Positions 1-10,134 of a stretch of DNA of 64,000 nt are shown in pieces. The notes beneath the pieces are model-generated. The model ran no database searches. It was not told where the DNA came from and saw only the letters and a program-made list of their open reading frames with translations. This stretch comes from an uncultured Verrucomicrobiae bacterium. GTDB taxonomy: Bacteria > Verrucomicrobiota > Verrucomicrobiia > Palsa-1439. The stretch is taken from NCBI GenBank assembly GCA_963812605.1, contig CAWEWF010000014.1, positions 320,001-384,000 of the forward strand, written 5' to 3'. Every line of letters starts with the position of its first letter. Positions within the stretch are counted from its first letter, which is position 1. The position numbers were made by a program, and so were the translations under genes.

Positions 1-807
1 TGGGGCGGCAAACCGCAAGTGTACGAAGCGTTCTACAATTGGATGTGTCCGATCGGAACCGGACTATTGAATCAGCAGGCGATTGTGCAGTCAGCGGACC
101 GCCGGGTCACAATGAACCGTGCCTTCCTGAACTTAATGGGAGCGCGCTATGTCGTTTTTGATTTGGAAAACCCCGGGGCTCCCCAACCGCAATCGATCCT
201 GGACGATCTGGGCCGCAATTATACGGCGGTATTGACGAATGCGGATTTTCTTGTTTTCCGGAACGACACGGCCCGGCCTTATGTCACGGCCTACGCGCGG
301 GCATGTCTTTACGCGGGTGACGTGCACAAATCGGCGCCGCTCGCGCTCGCGCTATCCACGAGAAACTGGCCGCTGGTTCAAGCGAAAGAGCCGAGCGTCA
401 ACGCGGTGACGGACGCGACCGCGCAAAAGTACGAAAAAACCTACGGGGAAGACAGCACCCCGTTTCCACCTCTCCATGAAGGGGTTCCCGTCTCCTTGAG
501 CGATGTTCAACTCACGCGGGAGAATTCGCAGTTGGTACGCATCCAACTGACCACGCCATCAAATTGTCTTGCGGTTGTCGCGGAAAGCTACTACCCGTTC
601 TGGCGCGCGGAAGTGGACGGCCAACCGGCGGAAGTACTGCAAGTCAGTTGCGGCTTGATGGGTGTTGAGTTACCTGCCGGCAGTCATACGATTACGCTGC
701 GCTATCAACCCCCCCGAGTTTACGCAATGGCCGGAGTAATCAGCGTTGCGACGCTGCTCCTGGGCATCGGTTTCACGGTTTTCAGTGTCCGACGTTCGGT
801 TCGTTAG
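1..807 (+). CDS. YfhO-like membrane protein, C-terminal part (truncated at window start)
   Basis: Frame open from base 1; LAVVAESYYPFWRAEVDG...GVELPAGSHTITLRYQPP followed by a C-terminal TM helix is typical of YfhO-family C-termini. Confidence 0.7.
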   Translation, partial: WGGKPQVYEAFYNWMCPIGTGLLNQQAIVQSADRRVTMNRAFLNLMGARYVVFDLENPGAPQPQSILDDLGRNYTAVLTNADFLVFRNDTARPYVTAYARACLYAGDVHKSAPLALALSTRNWPLVQAKEPSVNAVTDATAQKYEKTYGEDSTPFPPLHEGVPVSLSDVQLTRENSQLVRIQLTTPSNCLAVVAESYYPFWRAEVDGQPAEVLQVSCGLMGVELPAGSHTITLRYQPPRVYAMAGVISVATLLLGIGFTVFSVRRSVR

Positions 808-1691
808 CGGCTCTTCCACCATTCGATCGTCTGGCGTAATCCCTCTTCGAGCGGGTACCGCGGTTTCCAGCCGGTGCCTTCGCGAAGTTTCGTGTTGTCG
901 GCGAGCAAGTATATCGGTTCGCTCACCGCATAGGGGAGGGCGCCGAACTTGAGCAGATCGATCCGATTGAGTGCTTCGCCGATCTTCACCGCGATCTCGC
1001 GCACCGTGACGGGGATCCCGCTGGCGATGTTGACAGGGCCCGTGATCCGGCTCCCGGCAACTGTGCAGATCGCGCTGGCCACGTCTTCAATGTGCAGATA
1101 ATCGCGCACGCGCTCGCCCGGGACCAGCTTGGTTTCCTGACCGCGCAACAAGGAATTGATGACAACGGGTACCAGCCGTCGCCGATCCTCATCCGGCCCG
1201 TAAAGATAAAACGGGCGCAACCACGCCAGCTCGATGTCGATGGACTGGAGCGCCTCGAAAAGCTCCAGTTTGGCTTGCCCGTAGGCCGTGGAGGGCTTGG
1301 TCGGGCTTGATTCACGTTGCGGTAAATCACTGGGCGCATACTCAAAAGAGGTTCCGGTCGCGACGAAGCGCCGACAGCCTCCATCACGGAGTGCGCTGGC
1401 CAGGCGGAGGCTCGCTGCAACCCAATCCTTTTTCTGTGGCTGGTGCAGGTAATTGCCCGGCTCGACGTGCCACGCGAGGTGGAGGCCAAGATTGAAAGCC
1501 GAGGGCCGGAGGACAAAAGCTGAATCGAGCAGATCGCCTTTGATCAGGCCCAGCGACGAAGTGAGGTCTTCGATGCGCCCAAGATTTGACTGCTCGCGAA
1601 CCAGCGCGTGGACTTCGTGGCCTTCGCGTACGAGCGCGCGCGCGACGTGAGAGCCAATGAACCCCGTGGCGCCGGTAAGCAGGACTTTCAC
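804..1691 (-). CDS. NAD-dependent epimerase/dehydratase (extended SDR, NDP-sugar reductase/epimerase)
   Basis: VLLTGATGFIG Rossmann motif, YGQAK (YxxxK), RDYLHIEDVA; GTG start overlaps the rfbB stop (GTGA). Confidence 0.85.
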   Translation of the reverse strand: MKVLLTGATGFIGSHVARALVREGHEVHALVREQSNLGRIEDLTSSLGLIKGDLLDSAFVLRPSAFNLGLHLAWHVEPGNYLHQPQKKDWVAASLRLASALRDGGCRRFVATGTSFEYAPSDLPQRESSPTKPSTAYGQAKLELFEALQSIDIELAWLRPFYLYGPDEDRRRLVPVVINSLLRGQETKLVPGERVRDYLHIEDVASAICTVAGSRITGPVNIASGIPVTVREIAVKIGEALNRIDLLKFGALPYAVSEPIYLLADNTKLREGTGWKPRYPLEEGLRQTIEWWKSR

Positions 1692-2695
1692 AGCCGCGTG
1701 CCGTACTGCGCGGCGTAGTATTTCTTGAAGTCGCCGCTCTTGATCTTTCGCCACCATGACTCGTTCTGTACGTACCAGTCAATCGTCGCGTCGAGCGCGC
1801 CCGTGAAATCGCGTTGCGGCTGCCAGCCGAGCGCGGCGAGGGCGCCGGCGTCCAGCGAGTACCGACGGTCATGGCCCGGACGGTCTTTGACCAACTGGAT
1901 GAGCGACTCGGCCTTGCCAAGTTTGTGAACAATGCGGTGGGCGATCTCGATGTTCTCGACTTCGTTGCCGCCGGCGATGTTGTAGGTTTCACCGGACCTG
2001 CCGTGGGCAATAAGAAAATCAATCGCGGCGCAGTGGTCCTCGACGTAAATCCAGTCGCGCACATTCCGCCCGTCCCCATACAACGGGAGCGGCCGGTCTT
2101 CAAGCGCGTTGGTGATGAACAACGGGATGAATTTCTCGGGATATTGGTTGGGGCCAAAGTTGTTCGAGCAGCGCGTGATGGTGACGGGCACATCGTGCGT
2201 CGTGAAATAAGCGAAGGCGAGGCGGTCCGCGCCGGCTTTGCTGGCCGAGTAGGGATTGCGCGGGTTCAGCGGCGAGTTTTCGGTGAAGCTGCCGCTGGCG
2301 ATGCTGCCGTAGACTTCGTCCGTGGATATTTGGATAAACTTCTTCACCCCAAATTCGCGAGCGGCTTCCAGAAGCGTGAAAGCGCCGAGGACATCGGTTT
2401 TGATAAAATCGTCAGCCCAGAGGATCGAGCGGTCGACATGCGTTTCCGCGGCGAAGTTGACGACAATATCGATGCCCTGGCTCCAGAGGCGCGCGACGAC
2501 TTCATGGTCGGCGATATCACCTTTCACGAACTGGTGGCGCGTGGCGTCCGGAAGATTGGTGAGGTTTTCGAGATTGCCCGCGTAGCTGAGCTTGTCGAGA
2601 TTGACGATGTGCCAGTCGGGATGCGCCCGCAGCGCGAATTTGACGAAGTGGGAACCGATAAAACCCGCGCCACCGGTCACGAGCACTCGCGTCAC
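1688..2695 (-). CDS. rfbB: dTDP-glucose 4,6-dehydratase
   Basis: VTGGAGFIGS, DKLSYAGN, FAAETHVDRSI, ISTDEVYG, YSASKA, DRPGHDRRY motifs. Confidence 0.95.
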   Translation of the reverse strand: MTRVLVTGGAGFIGSHFVKFALRAHPDWHIVNLDKLSYAGNLENLTNLPDATRHQFVKGDIADHEVVARLWSQGIDIVVNFAAETHVDRSILWADDFIKTDVLGAFTLLEAAREFGVKKFIQISTDEVYGSIASGSFTENSPLNPRNPYSASKAGADRLAFAYFTTHDVPVTITRCSNNFGPNQYPEKFIPLFITNALEDRPLPLYGDGRNVRDWIYVEDHCAAIDFLIAHGRSGETYNIAGGNEVENIEIAHRIVHKLGKAESLIQLVKDRPGHDRRYSLDAGALAALGWQPQRDFTGALDATIDWYVQNESWWRKIKSGDFKKYYAAQYGTRL

Positions 2696-3423
2696 AACGC
2701 AATCCCCTGTTGGCGCGCGACCTGCACCCCGGTCTCCAACAGCTTCTGGTGCGAGGCGCCGGCATCCGCCCACCAGCCATCGAGAATATCGTAGTGGAGC
2801 TCGCCCCGACGCAAGTAGGCGTTGTTGACGTCCGTGATCTCCAGTTCCCCACGGCCGGACGGTTTCAGCGTGCGGATGATCTCAAACACGTGCGGATCAT
2901 ACATGTAGATGCCGATGACAGCGTACTTGGACTTCGGCTGCTTCGGTTTTTCGACGATGCTGACGATGCGGTCCCCGCGCAAATCAGCCACGCCGTACGC
3001 CCGTGGGTTGGCGACTTCCTTCAGGTAAACGCGCGCTCCGCGCTTCTGTTTGCGGAACGCCGCGACACCCCGGCGAATGTCTTTCTCGATGACATTGTCG
3101 CCCAGCATGACGATCAGTTTTTCACCGGCAGCGAAATGCTCGGCCAGCCGCAAGGCATCGGCGATGCCGCCTTCGCCCTCCTGGTAGGTGTAGTTGACGT
3201 GCGGCAGGTTGAACGCGCTGCCGTTGCCGAGCAGCCGCAGAAAATCGCCCGCGTTGTTGCCGCCGGTGACGATGAGCAGGTCGCGCACGCCCGCGTCCAC
3301 CAGCGTTTGGATCGGGTAGAAAATCATCGGCTTGTTGTAGAGCGGCAGAAGATGCTTGTTGGTGATCTTGGTAAGCGGATGCAGCCGTGTCCCCAAGCCA
3401 CCGGCCAGAATGACGCCTTTCAT
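2692..3423 (-). CDS. rfbA: glucose-1-phosphate thymidylyltransferase (short SpsI-like form)
   Basis: MKGVILAGGLGTRLHPLT, PSGRGELEITDVN; coupled to rfbB. Confidence 0.85.
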   Translation of the reverse strand: MKGVILAGGLGTRLHPLTKITNKHLLPLYNKPMIFYPIQTLVDAGVRDLLIVTGGNNAGDFLRLLGNGSAFNLPHVNYTYQEGEGGIADALRLAEHFAAGEKLIVMLGDNVIEKDIRRGVAAFRKQKRGARVYLKEVANPRAYGVADLRGDRIVSIVEKPKQPKSKYAVIGIYMYDPHVFEIIRTLKPSGRGELEITDVNNAYLRRGELHYDILDGWWADAGASHQKLLETGVQVARQQGIAL

Positions 3424-3567
3424 CGATTCTCCTCAAGCAGACACGCGCGCAGACTGATTATCATGGATGGCAAGACTAGCGAAGCGCCCCGGGGAAGTCA
3501 ACCGCAGGCACCGGAAGGGAGGTTCGTGCTTGACTTTGGATGCGTGTTGCGGCCTTTTGATTTTCTT

Positions 3568-4266
3568 GTGTCGGAAACGAATGCGTTGCGGTACCAACCC
3601 AAGGAGAACGATCCGTATTCGAGCCATGCGCGGATTCTGGAGCGCGTGGGCGAGGGGAATGGGCGGCGACTGTTGGACGTCGGCTCCGCGCAGGGCGCGC
3701 TGGCGCAACGCTTCACGGAGCGGAAGTTTGAGGTGACCTGCATCGAGGGAAACCCCGAGCTGGCGGCTGCCGCCGAAGGAAAGTGTCACCAGATGATCGT
3801 CGCGGACCTGGATCGGGAGTTGCCACAGTTGACGGGACAATTCGATGTCATTGTGTATGGAGATATCCTGGAGCATTTGAGGAATCCGTTGGAAGTGTTC
3901 ATGGGTTTCAATCGCTTACTCAGTCCGTCTGGGAAAGTGATTGTCTCGGTGCCTAACTTTGTCCATCTGTTTGTGCGGCTTAACATTCTTTGCGGCCGCT
4001 TCGAGTACATGGACCGCGGCATCCTCGACCATACCCATCTGCGGTTCTTCACGCTCGCTTCCTTTAAACGATTCCTCGCCCAAGCTGGTCTGACCGTGGA
4101 AGAACTGGTGGTCACGCCCGCGCCGCTGCTGCTCATGGTGCCGTCGCGCTATCACGGCTGGTGGCTGCGGTGCTTGCACGGAATAAACGCGTGGCTGGCG
4201 CGACTTTGGAAGACAATGTTCGGGTATCAGTTTGTCGCGGTCGCCCGTCCCCGGAAGGTGTCATGA
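3568..4266 (+). CDS. class I SAM-dependent methyltransferase
   Basis: LLDVGSAQG, FDVIVYGDILEHL, VSVPN, GILDHTHLRFFT; start uncertain (alternative ATG at 3463); the upstream part of the 518-aa ORF is antisense to rfbA. Confidence 0.85.
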   Translation: MSETNALRYQPKENDPYSSHARILERVGEGNGRRLLDVGSAQGALAQRFTERKFEVTCIEGNPELAAAAEGKCHQMIVADLDRELPQLTGQFDVIVYGDILEHLRNPLEVFMGFNRLLSPSGKVIVSVPNFVHLFVRLNILCGRFEYMDRGILDHTHLRFFTLASFKRFLAQAGLTVEELVVTPAPLLLMVPSRYHGWWLRCLHGINAWLARLWKTMFGYQFVAVARPRKVS

Positions 4267-5045
4267 AGCCGAAAGTCATCGTCGTCATGCCGGCCTACAA
4301 TGCCGGGCGCACCTTGCGGATGACCTATGAGGAGCTTCCGAAGGACACGGTCAGCGCGGTGATTCTGGTCGATGATGGCTCGACGGACGAAACGTTACAG
4401 ATTGCCCGCGATTTGCAACTGGAGGTTTTTGTTCACGACCGCAACTATGGATACGGGGCGAACCAGAAAACCTGTTACGCGGAGGCCCTGAAGGCCGGCG
4501 CGGACATCATCGTGATGGTCCATCCCGATTATCAATACGACCCGCGGCTCGTGCCGCAAATCATCGCGCCGCTGGTCAGTGGCGAGGCGGACGTGGTTCT
4601 CGGCTCGCGATTGAAGGAGGGCACCGCCTTGCAACAGGGGATGCCGTGGTGGAAATATTACGCCAATCGGTTTCTCACCGGGGTGGAGAACTTCGCTTTC
4701 GGGTTGCGGTTGTCCGAATTCCACACCGGTTACCGCGCCTTTCGCCGCGAGGTGTTGGAGACCGTGAACTACTCGATGAATTCGGACGGATTCATTTTTG
4801 ACCAGGACATCATCGCGCAAGTGGTGGCGGCGGGTTACCGCATCTCCGAGATTCCCGTGCCCACGCGCTATTTTCCCGAGGCCTCATCCGCCAGCCTGGG
4901 ACAAAGCATCATCTATGGCTTGAAGATCTTGTGGCTGGTCCTTCGCTATCTCGCGCATCACCTGAAACTGCTCAAACTGCGGCAGTTCGAAAGTCTGCGG
5001 GCGCGTTACACGCGGCTGTCGCCGTCAGCGCCCCCCGATCGTTGA
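4263..5045 (+). CDS. glycosyltransferase family 2 (DPM/DPG synthase-like)
   Basis: VVMPAYNA, VDDGSTD, HPDYQYDP, VLGSR; ATGA overlap with the methyltransferase. Confidence 0.9.
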   Translation: MKPKVIVVMPAYNAGRTLRMTYEELPKDTVSAVILVDDGSTDETLQIARDLQLEVFVHDRNYGYGANQKTCYAEALKAGADIIVMVHPDYQYDPRLVPQIIAPLVSGEADVVLGSRLKEGTALQQGMPWWKYYANRFLTGVENFAFGLRLSEFHTGYRAFRREVLETVNYSMNSDGFIFDQDIIAQVVAAGYRISEIPVPTRYFPEASSASLGQSIIYGLKILWLVLRYLAHHLKLLKLRQFESLRARYTRLSPSAPPDR

Positions 5046-5729
5046 AGCGGGTTTCTCGGTGACCATGATGACGTAGGTGAACGCGTCGCGCGGGCCGAAG
5101 TGAGTTCTCTTCACCTTCAGGTCGGCCGGGGATGCCAATTGCTGGGCCCATGGCTTGGAGGAGAATCGGCTCACCTCGTCCGGATAGAGGATGAGCGGTT
5201 GCTTGCGGAACTTGTTCACCACCCCGAGAAAAGAGGTCAGCACGATCACCGACAGGCCGTACTTGGGCGGCCAGAAGATGAGACATTGGCCGCCCGGTTT
5301 GAGCACGCGCGCCAACGCCTGAAGGATTTTTACGATCTCGGGTTCGTAAAAGTGCTCCATCACCCCGAGATTCCAAAGCCCGTCAATCGCGCCGGTTTTG
5401 AAGGGCGGATGGTAAATATCCCCACACACGAAAAAAGCGTTCTTGAGTTTCGTTTTGTGACGGGCAATCTTCAGCGCCTCCGGCGAAATGTCCATCATCA
5501 GAAACCGGGCTTGGTGAAAGTCGATGCGGTTGTCGGACTCGCTGCTGCCACAGCCGGCGTGCAGGTAGACCCGGCCCGGCTCGTCAGAGAAATACTTGTG
5601 AAAGTAGTGTTTGACGGTCGGGGAGATGATAAACCGCCGATAGAACTTGGCGATGATCTCGAACAAGCCCTTGCTCTTGGCGCTATCGACCCAGTATTGG
5701 TCCCAGTTTTTCCCGCGAACTTCAGGCAT
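5025..5729 (-). CDS. class I SAM-dependent methyltransferase
   Basis: LHAGCGS motif I, MDIS, GVMEHF, RVLKPGG. Confidence 0.85.
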   Translation of the reverse strand: MPEVRGKNWDQYWVDSAKSKGLFEIIAKFYRRFIISPTVKHYFHKYFSDEPGRVYLHAGCGSSESDNRIDFHQARFLMMDISPEALKIARHKTKLKNAFFVCGDIYHPPFKTGAIDGLWNLGVMEHFYEPEIVKILQALARVLKPGGQCLIFWPPKYGLSVIVLTSFLGVVNKFRKQPLILYPDEVSRFSSKPWAQQLASPADLKVKRTHFGPRDAFTYVIMVTEKPASTIGGR

Positions 5730-6471
5730 TGGCCGCCTCCGCTTGCTTGAGTTTGCGCAACTCGTTTTTGTAGTGGAACGATCGAGAATACAACTCGATC
5801 AACCGCCGCAGGCTGGCCAGGATATCACTCAGGCGCATTTTGGATTGGCCATGAGTGCGGATCGGCAGTGAAATGGGGATTTCCTTGACGCGGACCCCAC
5901 TCAGGCAAAGGACATAGAGACTTTCAAAGAAAAACGAGTAGCCCTGGGACTCCACGAGCTTGAAAACACCGGGGTTGATCCGATCCAGCCGGTAAAGACG
6001 GAAGGCGCCGGTCGCGTCGTAGGGGACACGGAGAACGTGACGAGTCAGGAAGTGACCGAGGTGCGTAAGAAATTTCCGGAACACGTTCCATTCGGTCAGG
6101 CTGTCTTCGCGCATGAAACGGGAGCCCAATACCACGTCAAAATCATCGGCGTGTTCCAGGAACTGCGGGAGGTGATCGGGCGGATGCGTCAGGTCGCAGT
6201 CCATGCTGATCAAGACTGGATATTGTTTCTCATAAGCCCAGCGAATGGCGGCCAGGTGCGCGCTGCCGATACCGAGTTTGCCGCCGCGGTGGATGACGGA
6301 AACGCGTCCATCCCGGGCGGCAATGGCATCCAGGATCTGGCCGGTGCCATCCGGGGAATTGTCGTCGAGAAACAACAGATCCAGGTCGAGGTTCAGGGCC
6401 TTGATCATCTCGTAGATACGCTGGACGTTCTCGCGTTCGTTGTAGGTCGGGATGAAGAGCAACGGTTTCAT
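5722..6471 (-). CDS. polyprenol monophosphomannose synthase-like GT2
   Basis: IPTYNEREN, DDNSPDGT, MDCDLTH, DATGAFR, GQSKM: Dpm1/Ppm1 signature. Confidence 0.9.
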   Translation of the reverse strand: MKPLLFIPTYNERENVQRIYEMIKALNLDLDLLFLDDNSPDGTGQILDAIAARDGRVSVIHRGGKLGIGSAHLAAIRWAYEKQYPVLISMDCDLTHPPDHLPQFLEHADDFDVVLGSRFMREDSLTEWNVFRKFLTHLGHFLTRHVLRVPYDATGAFRLYRLDRINPGVFKLVESQGYSFFFESLYVLCLSGVRVKEIPISLPIRTHGQSKMRLSDILASLRRLIELYSRSFHYKNELRKLKQAEAANA

Positions 6472-7394
6472 TTCTCGGGGTGGGTCTCCTGTTCTGCGCT
6501 GACCATCATCCGAACCAGGGTTTGAAAATCCGTCCGAGGTTGCCAGCCCGTCGATTGCCGCAATTTCGCGTTGTTGCCAAACAGGCTCACGCCATTCGTC
6601 CGCCGCAGTAACAGGGGATCGACTGTCACGTGCTCTTGCAAGTCGAGCCCCAGCAGCCCAAACGCTTCTTCCGCAAAATCACGGACCCGGTGTTGCTGCC
6701 CGCTGGAAATCACGAAGTCCCCGGCCGCCGGCAATTGCAAGACCCGGTGCATCGCGTCCACGTAGTCGCCGGCAAAACCCCAATCGATTTGCGCGTCCAG
6801 ATCCCCCAGGACCAATTTGTTTTGCCGATGTTGTCGGATCGCCACCCCGGCCGCGACGATCTTCTTCGAAACAAAATTCGCCGTGCGCAAGGGAGATTCG
6901 TGATTATAGAGAATACCGGCGCAGGCGAAGACTTTGTGTTGGCGACGGTAGTATTGGCAGAGTTGCAGGCCCGCCAGCTTCGTAATGCCGTAGATCCCCT
7001 CCGGTTTCATGGGAGTCATTTCATCCTGGACCGGAGTGGACGGTGAGCCGAAAACATGGCAGGACGCGGCAAAGAACAGCCGGGCCTTCGGGCAGAGCCG
7101 CGTCATCCCCTCGAGCAGATTGGCGGTCGCCAGCGCGTGAACTTCATTGCTGCGGCGAAAGACATCGAGGTCGTCCGTTAGCTTTTCCTGCGACGAATGA
7201 TGGACGGCGGCGAGATGATAGATTTCATCGGGCTGGTTTTCCTGGAGAAACGCAAAGACCCGGTCGGGAACAAAGATATCGACGAGATTGGATCCACGAT
7301 TGATGCCGATGACCCTGTACCCGAGGTGCTCGAGGTGCTTCGACAGATAGACGCCATCCTGTCCGGCACTGCCGGTGATCACGGCGGTCTTCAT
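6468..7394 (-). CDS. GDP-mannose 4,6-dehydratase-like SDR
   Basis: ITGSAGQDG, QPDEIYHLAA, YGITK, ILYNHESPLR, IDWGFAGDYV; the catalytic region is divergent (AASCHVFG). Confidence 0.8.
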   Translation of the reverse strand: MKTAVITGSAGQDGVYLSKHLEHLGYRVIGINRGSNLVDIFVPDRVFAFLQENQPDEIYHLAAVHHSSQEKLTDDLDVFRRSNEVHALATANLLEGMTRLCPKARLFFAASCHVFGSPSTPVQDEMTPMKPEGIYGITKLAGLQLCQYYRRQHKVFACAGILYNHESPLRTANFVSKKIVAAGVAIRQHRQNKLVLGDLDAQIDWGFAGDYVDAMHRVLQLPAAGDFVISSGQQHRVRDFAEEAFGLLGLDLQEHVTVDPLLLRRTNGVSLFGNNAKLRQSTGWQPRTDFQTLVRMMVSAEQETHPEK

Positions 7395-8659
7395 GAGCTG
7401 ACAATTTCGACCTTCGGCAACGGAAACAGCAGCTTTCCGCCGCCTCGCAGGAAAGCACTTTCACGGTTGATGAATTCCGGTCGGAAATGCCAGGGCAGGG
7501 CGAGAAAGTAATTGGGGTGACGGTCGCGGGCCTGTTGTTCGGAAATGATGGGCAGCAGCGTCCCCGGTGTGAAACAGCCATATTTTTCCGGATTGCGTTC
7601 CGCCAGGGCCGGTATATCGCGCTCGGTGAACTCGCAAAACTGCAGGATGACATTGCCTTTTGTCGAAGCGCCGTACCCGAGGATATTTTCTCCGCGCTTT
7701 TGAATGTCGCGAATTGTACGAGTCAATTCATCACGGTGCCGGAAGACCCTTTCCTTGAACATCTGATAGGGGGCCGGCGTGTGCAGCCCATTTTCTTTTT
7801 CCTGCTGAAGAAGCTTCTCCCAACGATTGTGCACCGGCTGGTAGGAAGAGTGTTGATGCGCCACGGTCACCCGAAAACTGCCGCCGTTGACGTTGTTGAC
7901 CTCCACGTCCAGGATCTTGAAACCGACCCGATCGGTGATCCATTTGATCTGCCGCAAGCCATAGTATTCGAGATGTTCATGGCAAACGGTGTCGTAGGCG
8001 TTGCGTTCCAGCATGAGCGGCATGTAGCTTTGTTCGAAGACCCAAACGCCGTCATCCGCCAGAATCGCCTTGATTTCCTCGACGAAGCGCAAGGGCGATT
8101 CCAAATCGTAAAACATCGCGATGGAGGTGACCACACGGGCCTTGCGTTCATTCATGACGCTGCGGTAGGCGGCCGCACTGAAGAAATCGGTCACCAGCGC
8201 CACGTTGTCAGGGTAATATTGGCGGAAATTAACGGCGCTGGGGTCGATGCCGGTCAGGGAAAGTCCGGCGTTTGGATACGCCTTGAGCAGGGTGGCGTCG
8301 TTGCTGCCGATATCGAGCACCACGTCTCCCGCCTTCAAGGAAACCAGGTCGGCAATCATGTTGGCGATGTGTTGGAGGTGCCGCGTCATCATCTGGTTCA
8401 ATCCGGATCGGTAGCCGTAGTGGCCCCGATACATTTCGTCCGGATTGAAGGAATGTTTCAACTGCAACAGCCCGCAACCGGGCGCTGGGCCTTCCTCGGA
8501 ACACTTGACGAGAATCAACGGACCAGCCGTGACCCGTTCCTCGCGAGACTTGGGGAACACACCGGTCAAAGCCTGCGTGCCCAGCGTGAGAACTTCCTCC
8601 AAATGTTGATTGCCGCACAGGCGGCACCGTTGAATCTCCGTGTAGGCTGTCGGGGTCAT
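7391..8659 (-). CDS. NDP-hexose C-methyltransferase (Zn-binding N-terminus, C-methyltransferase C-terminal domain)
   Basis: CRLCG, LDIGSNDATLL, YDTVCHEHLEYY, NGGSFR, GYGASTKGN, LPWHF motifs. Confidence 0.85.
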   Translation of the reverse strand: MTPTAYTEIQRCRLCGNQHLEEVLTLGTQALTGVFPKSREERVTAGPLILVKCSEEGPAPGCGLLQLKHSFNPDEMYRGHYGYRSGLNQMMTRHLQHIANMIADLVSLKAGDVVLDIGSNDATLLKAYPNAGLSLTGIDPSAVNFRQYYPDNVALVTDFFSAAAYRSVMNERKARVVTSIAMFYDLESPLRFVEEIKAILADDGVWVFEQSYMPLMLERNAYDTVCHEHLEYYGLRQIKWITDRVGFKILDVEVNNVNGGSFRVTVAHQHSSYQPVHNRWEKLLQQEKENGLHTPAPYQMFKERVFRHRDELTRTIRDIQKRGENILGYGASTKGNVILQFCEFTERDIPALAERNPEKYGCFTPGTLLPIISEQQARDRHPNYFLALPWHFRPEFINRESAFLRGGGKLLFPLPKVEIVSS

Positions 8660-8980
8660 GTGGTTACGAGCCAAACAGTATATCGGGCCTCGCGAGTTTG
8701 AACAAGAGAGATTGTCGCTGGTGCGCGGTCGCGTTGCCGCATTGTCCGCATATCAAACAAATCCAATTGGCGCAATCGAACCAATACCACCTCACGCACC
8801 GGCTTGCAGGAAACAACTCCTGCCTTATAGACTCGCAGAACTCAGCCCTTCCCACTGGTCTTCAAGAAACCCTCAAGGCGTGCCTGCTCTAGCTGAAATA
8901 CTCAAGGCAGCAGTGGTGCTCTATAACCAGCACATGCGGACCCAGCCCACCACAAAGGCCTGTCGTCCTGCCGCTTGCTT

Positions 8981-9586
8981 CTAGGCGGCGCGGCGACGGG
9001 AGCCAAAACGACAAAGCAGCAAGCCACCAAGCGATACCAACAGCCAAGTGGCCGGCTCCGGGACGACCTCGACAACGCCGAAGTTGGGTATGGGGGAGCT
9101 GCTTCCGTAACCGCTGGCAGGATCGTTTGACGTGTTGTTCCACAACCCAAAAGACGGATTCGCGGCGATACCGATAATCTGGACGTAGTCATCGGTGGTG
9201 GGCGTGTTGGGTTCACCGCCGGCCCAGTTCCGATAGCTCGATGACTCGCCATCGACCCAGGAATAATTGGCGGCAACGCTGCCATCGAGTGAAATGGCAT
9301 TCAGTCCGATCCAGAGATTGCGCTGCACGCCATTGTAGTCAGCGAACTGCTGGGTCACCCAGGTGCCTTCGGCGGCGTCGTTGATGGTCACCAGGTTTCC
9401 TCCCAAGGTCAGCGCCTGGGATTGGGCGTCGGTCCAGTTGCTGTTATCCAACAGGTAATAGCTGTGACCGTTGGCTGGATTAACGATGGGACCAGCTAGG
9501 GGGGTCGCTGTAATCTTCGTTGCCGTTAAAACCGTGAACAGAACCATTGCCGCTGCGGACAGCCATGTGGATTGAATTGCCTTCAT
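8981..9586 (-). CDS. PEP-CTERM protein with C-type lectin-like domain
   Basis: Signal peptide; NGHSYYL, WTDAQ..A...GGNLVTIND, WIGL, NW..GEPN, WNN; VPEP + TM + RRR tail; RBS AGGAGA. Confidence 0.9.
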   Translation of the reverse strand: MKAIQSTWLSAAAMVLFTVLTATKITATPLAGPIVNPANGHSYYLLDNSNWTDAQSQALTLGGNLVTINDAAEGTWVTQQFADYNGVQRNLWIGLNAISLDGSVAANYSWVDGESSSYRNWAGGEPNTPTTDDYVQIIGIAANPSFGLWNNTSNDPASGYGSSSPIPNFGVVEVVPEPATWLLVSLGGLLLCRFGSRRRAA

Positions 9587-9788
9587 GTTATTTCTCCTGG
9601 TTTTTGTTGGGGATTAATCCCCTGGGTTTATGTTTCTACTGCGCAGAAGTCACGGGCGCTGAGTCGGGACAACGGCTGGGCTACTCTGACGCACAGGGAT
9701 CTCATCGCCATCGAAGACGGAAATGAACGCTGTAATGGCACACCCATAACGTTTGGCAACCGGCGGAGTGCTCGCTTCTCCGGCAGCG

Positions 9789-9817
9789 ATTCTGTGGGCC
9801 TCCGTCAGACAAGTCAA
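9789..9817 (-). promoter_or_regulatory. putative sigma70 promoter of the lectin PEP-CTERM gene
   Basis: TTGACT-17nt-CAGAAT on the minus strand, about 200 nt upstream of the ATG. Confidence 0.3.
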
Positions 9818-10134
9818 GTATCTACAGCGTTGGGGGATTGCGTCTGTCGTGTGGACCCCTAAGCAATCGATGGCTGGTCGAGTGCAGTTGGTCCGAATGG
9901 CAGGCGCTGACCGGGAGTGACTACAAACGCGGTGGTGCTGCGTTATTGGGAGGATATGTCTGCGAGTATCATATGGCTCGTCAAGACATTCCCGCGATGC
10001 CTGTCGTGCGTGGTGCTTGCCACGAGCCCGAGGACTGATATACTGATCACTAGGGAAAGGTCCGTCAAAAGCCCGGCATTTGCGACGGGTATGAGCGTCG
10101 ATATAATCGGTCGGAATCAACCAGAGAAAACTAC

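Noticed and set aside
2710-3560. N-terminal half of the 518-aa ORF (and similar long extensions at 35376, 42070, 48121, 19183-21561)
   Set aside because: These are antisense shadows of real genes on the other strand, or read-through caused by frameshifts; not true fusions
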